From assembly GCA_001599295.1 (NCBI GenBank), contig BCGN01000003.1, positions 1,736,001 through 1,800,000 of the forward strand: DNA of 64,000 nt, written 5' to 3'. This DNA is from Sporopachydermia quercuum (Eukaryota). The first letter of the stretch is position 1. Each line of letters starts with the position of its first letter. This document shows, in pieces, positions 35,484 through 47,500 of the stretch. The notes under the pieces are model-generated. The model had not been told where the DNA came from. It made no database searches and worked only from the letters and a program-made list of their open reading frames with translations. The translations under genes and the position numbers were made by a program.

Positions 35484-36439
35484 ATAACTATATAAGGATA
35501 GCTATTGCTGTAGAAATTATGTTATTGATGTTTAGAGCTGGATATAGTATAGTAATGTGCAATTAGCTCATTAATGAAAAGCAGGGAGGCAGTACGTAGC
35601 CTTTGAATAATCAGACCGATCGCAAGTTTATTCTTCTTGTATTCTAATTTAACAGACAGCGTCAACACTAACTTCTTTGCTATCAAGCATATACATATTT
35701 ATTCCTTTTAATGCAATAATATGATAAGAAGGAGAAACGCTTTATTCTCTTTACGCAGACAAAACTCCAAACCTCACATAATGAAACATCTCCAGAAGTC
35801 CCGCTGAGATGATTTCTAGTTTTACAACATCGCATCTCGTCTTAAACATGGTAATGGGCAGGAGACCTAATGTCTGTTTTCACATTCACAACAGGGGTCG
35901 ACGAGCTTTTCTGTTGATGTAAGTAATAATGTGAGGGAATGAGAGAACAGTGAGCAGAAGCGAGGCAAAGGAATTGTATACAGGAGCTCTTCGCTATATC
36001 TAATAAAGTTTGATAGCTGGGAGTCGTTGTTTGTTGTTTGTTTGATAGTTTGAAGTGTGGGCTTGGTTTGATAATATTCTGTGTCTCCAGATAGACCACC
36101 TGATTGGCATACGACTAAACTGGAGTTCCAATCAATGATCTATTCGTGCCAGAGATCTATCACATCTTATGATTATCGATTATATTGAGAGGATAGTTGA
36201 TTGAAATAGAAGAAATCAGATAGAAGAAAAACATCCAATAAGGAGTGTGTTCTGTTCGCTTTGCCGTTAGCAGAACAGCTACGAGCATCACCGTACAAAG
36301 ACGATACAGCTGGAGAATCAAATCATGAATATTCCTGTCTACTGAGCTCGTACAGCTTTATATCATAATGAATAAGAACTATTGATAATAACAGTAGGAT
36401 TTATGTAACATTTTTACTATTACTAGATCAATTCTCGCT

Positions 36440-38566
36440 ATGAACACGAAAGCTCAAACTCGCGATCTCCCAAGCGAACTACTTGCTAAGATCTTCTCTT
36501 ATCTAGACTTATACAGCCTGGCCAACTCGCTATTGGTGTGTCATGACTGGTTCAGTGTTATTCAGGATATGATTCAGGACAAAGATGTTATAGTTACGAT
36601 ACCAAATGACTATTCAGATGACGGAAATGAACCCTTCATTTTTGGATCGTCTTTAGAACAGATTGAAGGAATGCCCCTTTCTTTCTTCCATGAACAACCG
36701 TTGAGACATTATATATGCTTCATTATTAATCAGAATAACATAATAGCAGACAACAGAGATAGCAGTTTTGTCAATACCCCTAATAGTTTTGAACCGCTTG
36801 ATCGGTCGTTATATGGATCTAGAAATTTCAACACCATCTACGAGAATATAAATAAGGTGGTTCTTCAAAGTGTTGCTGGATTGATCATCTATCATGGTTC
36901 AGTGAAAGCCTTCTTTCTTTCTCTAGTATGCAGGAAAAGTAGTAATATATTTAAAGGGTTTCATACCGTATTTTCTGAAGGCTCTGTTGATTTTAACTAT
37001 GCATTGTTTCTTGTATCTCAGTTAACTGATACGAGATCCTTACAGTTGGACTTATATGACTTAGAAAGTTCTATCGATGAAACGAGCATTGCATTTGAAA
37101 ACACTGCTGTCGAAAGGCTTATGAATGAATCAGAATTAGCTATCAATAAACCTCATTTTGGTAAAAACTCTTCTAATTTCTCAACTTATGGGCACCATGA
37201 TTTAATACAACTTGGATTCAATTGGGATATTTTCAAGTATAACCAGCTCAGAGTAAATGAAAAGCTAGAAGTATTGAAGATTACCGGTGCCAATGATTAT
37301 TTGAGGGGAAGGCTCTCATTTGAAAGACCTAAGAAATATTTGAGCTTCCATGAACTGTTACAAGTATTATTACGATGTCCTAATTTAAAGGATTTGTCAA
37401 TATGCTATTGGAATCTTGTCAGTGCAAGAATTAACAAAGATGATCCTTTAGAGAACAACCCTTTAGTGATATTTCCAGCAAATGATAAAAATGATAGAAA
37501 TGTGAAAGATAAAACTTGTGCTCAGGACTGGATTTGCCTGACGAGTCTGAAATCATTGAAGAAGCTTCATTTGGAATCAATTGGTGATATAGAGCTCCAA
37601 TCGGTGCTTGACCTGATCAGAAACAGCAGCGTTGAATCAGTTACTCTCATGAATGAAGTGGCCCCAAGTAAGCAACATGGATGGGATAAATGCGTTTTGG
37701 ATTATGCGCAGCAAACTAAGATGCCAGAAAAGACGGAATTATCTATGGTAGAACAACAAGAGAATGAAAACAAGAAGAGTGTCAGAATAGAAGGCTCTAA
37801 TAAAGCTGATTATGATAGATTGGCAGGTAATGTTTGTATCAACCGCTATAACAGCAATTCAAACTACGCATCAGCTCCAGCAAGTGATACTCTGGGTACT
37901 TCGAGAAATAAAACACCAGAATATTCTATACTTGATAAACATCAACAAAGTTCAAATATCGATAAAAGTGCCAATTTCAAAGATATACGACACAATTACA
38001 GCAATTTGAAGCATCTCACCATTATAAAATCAAATATATCCCCAACAAGTTTGTCCTGCCTATTCAACATTTTCCCTGACCTTAGAACTATCACCATCAG
38101 CCACTGCAATCGTATCAATACTCTCGAACTAATTGATGATGGACACTCAAGTGGCTATAAACCGAATAGGTTAGGGTTGATTTCCAAAAGCCTACTGTCA
38201 CTGAAAATGAGGTTTGAAACGGAAATTCCTTTGTCTAACATAAGGAATCTGGTTGGTGATGATTTGCTACGAGAATATCGTGAAGGATACAATGATCCTG
38301 CTGTGCCAAAGGAAGTTGGAAGTGAAACATTCAGGAACATTATAAAAGATATTTATATAAACGAGTTTCATGCTTCTTTTGAGAGAGAACATCAAAAGGG
38401 AGATGAGCTTGCAGGATTGCATTTTAATAGGAATATTGGTAGTAGTAATGGAAGAAATAGTAGTACTAATATGGGAAATGGTGGGAGAGATAAGAATAAG
38501 CATGACGGACAGGGCAGAGCAGGGAAATGGATACTTAATGTAAAAAGCCTCAATAATAATTTTTAG
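36440..38566 (+). CDS. F-box protein with degenerate leucine-rich repeats
   Basis: N-terminal F-box LPSELLAKIFSYLDLYSLANSLLVCHDW; LRR-like CPNLKDLSI, SLKKLHL, NLKHLTI and FPDLRTITISHC. Confidence 0.85.
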   Translation: MNTKAQTRDLPSELLAKIFSYLDLYSLANSLLVCHDWFSVIQDMIQDKDVIVTIPNDYSDDGNEPFIFGSSLEQIEGMPLSFFHEQPLRHYICFIINQNNIIADNRDSSFVNTPNSFEPLDRSLYGSRNFNTIYENINKVVLQSVAGLIIYHGSVKAFFLSLVCRKSSNIFKGFHTVFSEGSVDFNYALFLVSQLTDTRSLQLDLYDLESSIDETSIAFENTAVERLMNESELAINKPHFGKNSSNFSTYGHHDLIQLGFNWDIFKYNQLRVNEKLEVLKITGANDYLRGRLSFERPKKYLSFHELLQVLLRCPNLKDLSICYWNLVSARINKDDPLENNPLVIFPANDKNDRNVKDKTCAQDWICLTSLKSLKKLHLESIGDIELQSVLDLIRNSSVESVTLMNEVAPSKQHGWDKCVLDYAQQTKMPEKTELSMVEQQENENKKSVRIEGSNKADYDRLAGNVCINRYNSNSNYASAPASDTLGTSRNKTPEYSILDKHQQSSNIDKSANFKDIRHNYSNLKHLTIIKSNISPTSLSCLFNIFPDLRTITISHCNRINTLELIDDGHSSGYKPNRLGLISKSLLSLKMRFETEIPLSNIRNLVGDDLLREYREGYNDPAVPKEVGSETFRNIIKDIYINEFHASFEREHQKGDELAGLHFNRNIGSSNGRNSSTNMGNGGRDKNKHDGQGRAGKWILNVKSLNNNF

Positions 38567-38905
38567 TGGAGATTTCATAGAGAAAAGGATGTATAATAAG
38601 TAGAATTATATAATAACAAATCGAGATAGCGAAAAGTTATTATTAGATATTACTACCACTAAACAAAAAAGCCACAGCAAAGCTGCAACTACAGCAAATG
38701 ACTATCAAAATCAAACTACCTCTACATTTCTTCATACGCTTCTAGTGTTTAATATGCTGTTTTATTCATACATATCATAATCCCCTACGCTCATTTACTC
38801 TTTTTCTTCTTCTTCTCATCACAGCCTATTCTTTTATGTACAAGCACCACATTACTGCACCAGATTCTCCAAAGACTCCGCAACATGATTTCCATATGCA
38901 CTTTT

Positions 38906-39391
38906 CTATCTGTCATTAACTGATCTGACCTTTGTAGGGAAACTCTTTGCCATATCAGCAACCTTTAATTCTTGTCTTCGCTTATATCTGCAATGTTCCC
39001 AGGTTCCAACACTACCTAATGTGAAGGATGCGACACCCCAATTACAAGCTTTGAAAATTGGCTGTTTCATCACAATCATGACACCAGACATAACAGCTAG
39101 AGAGCTCAATCCAACCAGCATGGCATTTCGGAAACAAGGAATTCCTAACACGTTTTGGAAATCTTCCTTGCCAATACTCAACAAATCCCTGGCCTCCTCA
39201 GGGCTCATGTTTTTACCGCTGTTCAATCTTTCAGGGTTGATAACTGCACCTTGTCCTGGTGTATATGATGTGTGTTGTTGAATATCGTCGAAATATTTCG
39301 GCTCGACACTGTCTTGAGAAGTGCTTTGCATGCTGTTATTCTTTGATGAGTTATCATCTTTTCTCCAGCTCAACCAAGAAGGCCATTTCAT
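38906..39391 (-). CDS. COX20: Cytochrome c oxidase assembly factor Cox20
   Basis: IPCFRNAMLVG...KACNWGVASFTLGSVGTWEHCRYKR signature; start set to ATG 39391 (MKWPSW). Confidence 0.92.
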   Translation of the reverse strand: MKWPSWLSWRKDDNSSKNNSMQSTSQDSVEPKYFDDIQQHTSYTPGQGAVINPERLNSGKNMSPEEARDLLSIGKEDFQNVLGIPCFRNAMLVGLSSLAVMSGVMIVMKQPIFKACNWGVASFTLGSVGTWEHCRYKRRQELKVADMAKSFPTKVRSVNDR

Positions 39392-41060
39392 TGTGACTAT
39401 GTTAAGTTGATAAATGTTGATAATATTAAATGAACTATTTGTTTCAGAATGAACAGGCAAGATTAAGATTGGTTTGGAATGAGCTGATTCGATGTAGTAG
39501 AGACCTGATTGGTATTCGTTCCAGAGATGCACAGCAAATATACAAAAGCACCGATTATAATGAAATCGTTATAAAAACCAGTTCTCAGATCCTATAGGTT
39601 TTTTTTATTATAGTAAATGAATTTTCAAACGACTATGACGGATGTACAGAGCGTCGGTTGAACTGCTATACCAATTGTATGCGATAAGGTATGAATAATG
39701 ACTGGATCTGTTAACTTTCAAAACAAATCAAGATGTTTTTCCAGTAAAACCAACGATGCAGATTTCAAATAATTTAACAGAATTATACTGTTCCGTATAA
39801 ATTTGTTGCTTTCTTGATGATTCATTCAGCTGAGACAGAAAACGATGATAGAAACAAATCCTGACAGTTACTTGATTTCATTGAGAGAGTTTCTTGTCCG
39901 TGTAGAAAAATGTCCATGGTGATCAATGAATGTAACTCAATGTCCGTAATTATGGACAATTTCGGATAAAGTTAGCTATCGCCAGAACTTCCCCCAGAGA
40001 AGAAGATAAGAAATATAGAAAACAATGTAAAATAAAAGTTTCCTGTTCAAGACTTGGGATAACATGTGAGCATTTTGCTTGAGATTTTAGTAGAATTATT
40101 CGAGAAGAGAACCAAAATACTCAGGGGTTTTCAGTAAAAGTTTGGAAAAATTAATCGCTTCAGAGTTGGCCATCAAGAACCTTAGTGCCGGAAACTAAGC
40201 ATGCTATTTTGATAACAATGATCTTTTACTTTAGCAAACTATCATATTTACATATTGAATGGGCTTATCAACTATCATACAGTATTACGTATTATCATGA
40301 AGTAGGAACACTTTCTTATATAAAACAATATGGCTGTCTTCTTTTGAATTACTACTAATCTCACCCTTCCCACANTTTCCTCCAAGCCCATTCTCACATT
40401 CCTGCACAATTATGCAATATTCGCAATATACTTTTAAACTTTACCCCAAAATGCAACATCAATGCACAGACCAAGTGATAAAAACAAACGATACAGAGAG
40501 AGCTTATTCTCAACTCCTGAGATTCAGCTAATCTTCATGAAAATTTTTAGGTTCACTAGCAGCAATTATATAGCGAAAANAGTAAACAGTTATTCCTATA
40601 ATACCTCGATTTCATTCAAAACTAACACCATATATAGATTCTCTCAGAGTCTACATAATTAATTTCTCACCCCATTCTGCAATCTACTGTACGCTTATGT
40701 ACTATAATGCATTTCTGACACATTAGTCTTATCACGGGATATTGCCCGGAAACCAAAAACATTGTGTGATAAGGGAAGAGTGGAATTATTGACTCCTGAA
40801 TTCTGACTAGAAGTGAAACAAGACCAAAGTGAAAGAAAAAAAATTTGGTTAAAGAAGATAAAATTTCAGTACTTAAACATTGATTTTGATCTACAGCATA
40901 GAGATGGACCATCATACTATTCTGTGGAGCTTTACGAATTTAGAGAGGATAGTAGATATACAGCACTGTTGGTTATATCATCAACTAACTGCTTGGATTG
41001 TGTCAGTTCAACTAATTTGGAAGAAGCAATTGTATTGAGAAGATCAACTGATATTTCACT

Positions 41061-42143
41061 ATGGCTACTATCACAAACGAGGAAAGTAGCTACCAGCAGA
41101 TCACTGAATCACAGGTTCCAGCCTCAACAACTGTTTTAGAGGAAAAAGAACCAGTGGTTGAATCAGAAGTACCTGTTGTTCATATTCCTGTTGTTAGAGC
41201 TCCAACAGTTGAAGAGCAATTATGGTATAAAGTNGATGACTATTTGCCAGTTCCAGGAAACGTGAAGTTCCGAGTTGTCTACAATGAGAAATACGATTTG
41301 GAGAGTTTAACTGATAACCAATTCATTGTTCCCCAAGTTGATAACGAAAAGTTCACAACTGTCTTATCAGACTTCCTCAGGGATCTGAATCATGAAAAGA
41401 AAGGCCACATTGTTCAACAGGTTGAACAGGAATATAATGCGAAACAAAAGGAACTGAAATTAGCAAGAGAAATAGAAATGAAATCAAACATAGAAAATAC
41501 AACGGTATCAAATATAGACGAAAATGAAACAGCATCTGAACAGGAATCAAATGCTGAAGAGTCAATTGAGGTGAATCTAGATACTGACTCTGAAGATGAA
41601 GATGAACTTGATGAGTTAGATTTAGAACTCATTTCTAAGAACTCAAGCTCGGGGGATGTCGTTGGTAGAACTGTTACTGGATTAATTAATAAGCAACATT
41701 ATCTCAGTTTATCAATCCCCCCTGAAGTTTATAAAAAGCGCGAGATTGATGGAATTGTTGATTATATAAAAGGACAAAAACTACAATTGGATGGCGAAAC
41801 ATCACTCAATCTCAGGCCAGTAACTTTCTATGAGGACGGAATGATTGCATTATACAAGATTCAAATTATCTCCGAATATTATACTGTAATTCCTCAAATT
41901 GTTCATAAGATATTTGATAAGCATGGTCACGTTCTTGATTTCAGTCACCCTACGAACGAAAATTCATACTTGCTTGATTCACCATTTATTGATGTTATTG
42001 TTCTTGCTTATGTTAGAGGTAGCAGTACACCTAAGTCATTCCATGTTATCAATAAAAGAAGAAGATCAATTCATGTTCCATTGAATTTATTGAAACAAGT
42101 TATGATTAGAGGAATGTTTGAATCTCGTGTGATGGTTCATTGA
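41061..42143 (+). CDS. 360-aa ORF, possible non-LTR retrotransposon ORF1-like protein
   Basis: Coiled-coil and acidic N-half, then an RRM-like segment (YKIQII...IVHKIFDKHGHVLDF); followed by an endonuclease-like relic. Confidence 0.55.
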   Translation: MATITNEESSYQQITESQVPASTTVLEEKEPVVESEVPVVHIPVVRAPTVEEQLWYKXDDYLPVPGNVKFRVVYNEKYDLESLTDNQFIVPQVDNEKFTTVLSDFLRDLNHEKKGHIVQQVEQEYNAKQKELKLAREIEMKSNIENTTVSNIDENETASEQESNAEESIEVNLDTDSEDEDELDELDLELISKNSSSGDVVGRTVTGLINKQHYLSLSIPPEVYKKREIDGIVDYIKGQKLQLDGETSLNLRPVTFYEDGMIALYKIQIISEYYTVIPQIVHKIFDKHGHVLDFSHPTNENSYLLDSPFIDVIVLAYVRGSSTPKSFHVINKRRRSIHVPLNLLKQVMIRGMFESRVMVH

Positions 42144-42710
42144 AAATAATGCAGCAGTGGAATTATGTTGTTTTCATACTAATTGGACAAATTTTATGAG
42201 GTGATGATACTCCGAGCAGTTTAGAATCTTGAATTTTCTTAGTACAACCGCGCATTTCGGGAGATATTTTATGGTTTCTATCATCAGCTACCGAACGTGC
42301 TTTTCGTTTATAGCGGGATTATTTGGCATTCAATAGACAGTACCAATAAAGTTTATTATGTGTTATAGCTTAAGTCATTATAGCGTAAACTTAAATATTG
42401 TGCTATTGTTTTAAAGTTTCAGCTGGTAATCGTAGATCAGCTAGTCTCATGGGGAAAGTAAAATGAATAAAGTTGCACCTTATACAATTCAAGTATAGTG
42501 CGGTTATCATTTCGATCAGTGAGAGTTATCAGATGAGTCAAGACATTAGGCATTATTTCAAGCATCATAGACATATTTTGAACGAGCATAAAGTACTATT
42601 CATATTACTGTGTGGTGTGTGGCCGTTTGAAGACCAAATAATCCTGCCATATACAAAAGCTAGCTATCGTAGTCGCAATTGACAGGCAGCTTACTGTAAT
42701 CTCTAAAATT
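41061..42710 (+). mobile_element. Putative decayed LINE-like (APE-endonuclease) retrotransposon relic; boundaries approximate
   Basis: ORF1-like gene, then the frame from 42410 reads FKVSAGNRRSASLMGKVK*IKLHLIQFKYSAVIISISES, resembling APE motifs I and II, with an internal stop and a later frameshift. No RT, poly(A) tail or TSD seen. Confidence 0.5.
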
Positions 42711-42890
42711 AGCCGATAGTTGGAAGTTCGTCTGAGTATTAGATTTCTGAATTAATACTAGGTACATTTAAATCAACAGATTTCGGATCACTGTTTAATA
42801 CAAACGTCTAAACCCAAGACAAGGAATAGAAAGTTATTGGGAACATATTCACCCTAACTTCATTTTCTTTTTCACATCCTTNCCCAAAGA

Positions 42891-42962
42891 GCCTCTATGG
42901 CGCAATGGTAGCGCATCAGATTGCAGATCTGCAGGTTACCGGTTCGATTCCGGTTGGGGGCT
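42891..42962 (+). tRNA. tRNA-Cys(GCA), intronless
   Basis: GCCTCTA/TGGGGGC acceptor stem, A box TGGCGCAATGG, anticodon loop TTGCAGA, T arm ACCGG-TTCGATT-CCGGT, U discriminator, followed by an oligo-T Pol III terminator. Confidence 0.97.
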
Positions 42963-44531
42963 CTTTTTTTCCCCTTTTTCACTTCTTAATTTTTGTTTCT
43001 CGTCTCCCTTTTCTCTTAATTAATGCTGTGTATTGTCGAACCCTAATAATAGTACATTACTATCAAAATAAAGGAGACCATATTCTTGGATCTTGATGAA
43101 ATCAAAANTTCGCTAGGAAAACATTTACCTTCTAGTTTTACGATTGACGCTGGCAATGTTTATTGGTGAAGACAATTGAACAGACTAATTCATACTATCA
43201 GTAATACATTTTGATAGAACTTCGATAATGTGCTTTAATCATCTCAAACTACAATAAAATTGCTCTTATTGCATACTATTAGAAATATAAATCATTTAGC
43301 TAGTAATTACCATTATATATTGAAAATATTCTCCATTTAGGAGCCTAGTGAATTAGTGTTACAGTTATCAACTGTAGCAACGAAGAATTACAACCATGTT
43401 AACAATTACATACAAACTAAGCCAACAACAGCTGTATATCATTTCAGTACAAACATGCATGGCCTATTCACAAAATCTAAACAGTGACATAGAAACCAAA
43501 TTATATCAACCAAATAAATATATTTTAACTCTTGCTACATTACATATGATCTCAATTATTCTTGTTATGTTTACAATGTAGGTCACTTTTCTACTACCTT
43601 TTAGTGGGTTCTCTATCTGATTTCTATAATTAACCCAAGTAGTTAATTAGTAGTGCGAATGAATGACCATACGATTACCTCTTAGTTAGCTGCTAACCAC
43701 TATTGCATAACATACTTCTTTGATTCTCATTTATATAAATATGTATACGCAGTAAGCTCGTTTACTTTATATCAACAAAGCACGAGTATTATTATCTTAA
43801 AGGATATGTTAAAAGTCAAATCTGCCACAATCTGCCAAAGTCTACTGTGTGTTAACTCATGCAGTCAAGTAAACACCTCATTCATTGAATTGTACTGTTT
43901 CAAGAGATCAATCAAAAGGATAGTTAGTAACAATATAATTATCGACAATAGTACTATCAATAGTATAATTTTGATTTGAATAAAATAGTACTCTTGTTAT
44001 TATATATTATAATCGCTTTCCAGCCAAGACTTATTTGCTTACTATTATTAGACTAAGTATAGTAGCATAGCAGATTAGGCTTAGTGATATCAAGTTTATT
44101 TGATCAAACTATACAAGCTATAGATGCTATTGATAGTTGAAAGGTACACTAATTAGGACTTGCTTATAGCTAACGCTAGCAGACACACTATATTGTATTA
44201 TTCAATGCTAGTCAAGACCGCAAGATCCAATAGAATAATCAAATACTGCTGTCACAATTGGTCAGATAGATTGGTAGATACGTAGAAGGTATAGCTAATT
44301 GGTCAAACGTGCAAGCAAAGTATTGAAGACAATTAATTCCAGCTCTATTAAAACAAGCAACTAATGAATGAACAGGTTATCTCGCCAGTTTGAAGCGTAT
44401 TCGAGTATATTGGATGTTTCTGTGTTTCTGTACCATAGATACTCAATAGATCAACAATAACTACCACGAAACAAATTATATCAACAGATAGAACAATACT
44501 AAATAGACCGAACTGAAAATCGACATTCACA

Positions 44532-47500
44532 ATGAAATTTCCAGCAAAGAAACCGCCCCCTTCTTTAAAGAAGAAACCGCCTCCAACTACTAGTAGCATT
44601 TCTACTGTCAACACTTCTCGTATCACTTCTCTCACTAAGAATTTCCAGGAGCTTGAAAAGCCAACTAAGGAGAAAAATGCAGTCAGTGAACCTATTGACA
44701 GCTCTGACAGTGAATCTGTTAATAGTTTTGAGGCTGGCGATGAAAGCAGGAAATTTATAACCGCTGATCTGCAAACAAGTATAGAAAATCATACTATCAA
44801 GCAGGACGAAGGAACAATAGCAGCTAGTAGATACGAATTAGAAAGCTACAGGTATAAACAAAGTAGTAATAACAGCAACAATAGGAAAAGCTGTTTGATT
44901 GAGAAGTCAAACGATCAACACAAGAGTACAGCTGCGAAGGTTCAGAAAAGTAGTGGAAAAGGAGATAAGAAGGACCAGCAGGATTTACGACAGAACAGCG
45001 AGAGTAGTAGCAGAAGCATAAACATGAGAGATCATATTGATAGCACTAGTGACAATTCTTCCCGCCAGAAACCTAGCGAGAAAACCACGGAGAAACCTAG
45101 TGATAATATATATTCCACGCGTGATCCATCTGGTTCCACTGTTTTTACTGTCAATTCAGCCGATGATATTAACAGCACTACCTCTGTTACCTCTACGTCT
45201 ACGCCTGCTATAAATTCTGATGATATTAAGCCTTCATATTCATTTCCCGCAGTTGCTTCCGTTGAGACTAATTCTACTACACCCTCTGGTTCCATTCAAC
45301 CTATTACACCAATAAACTTCAAGAAACCATTAAAAGAAGTGGTTCAGAATAATCAGAACAATCAGAGCAATCCCATCTACTCGAAAGCACATATGAGAGG
45401 TCGCTCGGATATTTCACTCAACTCAGTGTTCTCAGTAGCCAGTGAAGAGTTGATAGAAGAGATTGATAAAATGGTATTGCATATCAGAAAAAACTCCGTC
45501 AACCAGGTTTTCAGTGAGCGGGAAGAAGAAACTGCTTCCAAGGCACTGAGGCTGAATGAGATTGAAATCAATGATAATACTGAAAATACTTTGAGGAAGA
45601 GCAATGGATATCAGAGTAGGTATAATTATAACTATGATTTTGGAAGTGAATATGATCATAGCACGAGAAATGCATATGATAATCATCATGACTATGCAAT
45701 TAATAGAAATGATACTGATGATGGTGCCATCAACATTGGACGGGAAATAGAACAGCGAGGAAGACAAGAGGACCATCCAATGGTTGGTGATATGATGAAT
45801 AATAGCGCTTATAACGCTATTGACAAGTTCAATAACAGAAGTGTAAGCACTGGTAATGTCCATAGTAACAACCTGAAAGAAAAAGAGTGTGAAGGAAATT
45901 CTACTATAAGAAGTACTAGCCTAAGTGGTGATACTAGTAGCAATAACAATACGAATGAAGAATTCCACAGCGATGCGTATAATTTAATANCATCAACTGT
46001 TGATTATTTCAATACCGCTAGCACTATAGCCGATAGCACTACAGCTGACATTTATTCCCACTCTAAATTAGTGCAACTTCCTCAGTTCAAGCCTCAATTA
46101 CTGCATGGAGTGTCATTTGGTGAGATCAAGCCTCTGAGTATTAAATCTGTTAACAAGAACGAAAGCAATAACAACCGTGGTACTAATATTAAAATGCCAG
46201 AACCATTTAATTTCGTTGAGTTGCCAGCTCCAATTATCTTGGATGACGAAAGTGATACTACTAGTGACATTAATTATGACAAAAATAAGAATGAGAGGAA
46301 CGTTGATTGTAATGAACCAGACGAAAATATCAACAAAAATTCCAGTGGTGGCAAAAACAACGATTACTATGAGTTTGATAATGACAATAATCACAATATC
46401 TACGATAATTCCAACGGTAATTCGGACCCAAATTTCAACTACAACTACAGTAATTATACCTTCTCACATAATGCAACAGATAGCTATGACAATAACTCAT
46501 ACAGGAATCAAACAAATTATATGTATGAATCATATCAACAAGAAGACTCAATTGATCCTTTTGACGTAAATTCCACAAAAATATCGAATGAGCATTTTGT
46601 TGAAACTAGCATTAATTACCACGATAATGATGATACTGGCACTAATTACAATAACATTGGTAGTGATAGCAACAACAATAACGACGTCCCTAAATATCGT
46701 GAAGAGGCATTCATGGATGAATTTCACGATATAAGCGATGTGAAATATTATTATGATAATAGTTACAATAGCAATAATAGCGCTGATAATAGTGATATCA
46801 CTGTTGGTAACGACAGTACTATTAAACCCAATGGAATGTACCGAGATAACCACCTTAATTCTGTTGATTCTAATGATACATTTTCAACATATTCTAATAT
46901 CATCAACTATACCAGCAGTGATGTACTGATTAATAGTTTTATACCTACTATCAATATTATTGATAATCCCAGCAATATTTCTGACATTCATCCTGCTGCA
47001 TATTCTCATTTTACGCCAACAAGCCAATTGGATGCCCTTCATTCATCTAATACACATATCTCCACAAATCAGCCTGTTCTCCCTCAGAAACCTGGCGCCG
47101 AATCAAATCTGAACAGCATTCCAACTAACCATCCAACAAGAAGGCCTTCACCTCTGCAAGCGTCAACAGATCCCATACTTACTACGCATTACAGCAAAAA
47201 AGCACCTAACGTCAGGTCCAATGGGTTTTCCTCTTCACAATTCAACCATTCTTTGAGTTCTAGAGCATTTTCACTACCTAATTCAACACTGCAAGACTTC
47301 ACATCTACATTACAGAAAAAGTCTTCATTAACATCAATTCCGGATGGAGTGTTTGAGCCTATGAATACGAGTATATCGGGTTCGGGAGTGGATGCACAAA
47401 CATCAGCTGGCTCTCTAAAGTCTGTGAATACTAGGGCATCAATTGGACAAGAGCATAAAGGTAATGGAAATGACTCGGAGTTTAGTAGAAGTTCTAGTTG

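Noticed and set aside
43357..43932. TGTTA...TAACA-bounded AT-rich stretch near the tRNA as a possible solo LTR
   Set aside because: No target-site duplication for either candidate start and no second copy in the window.
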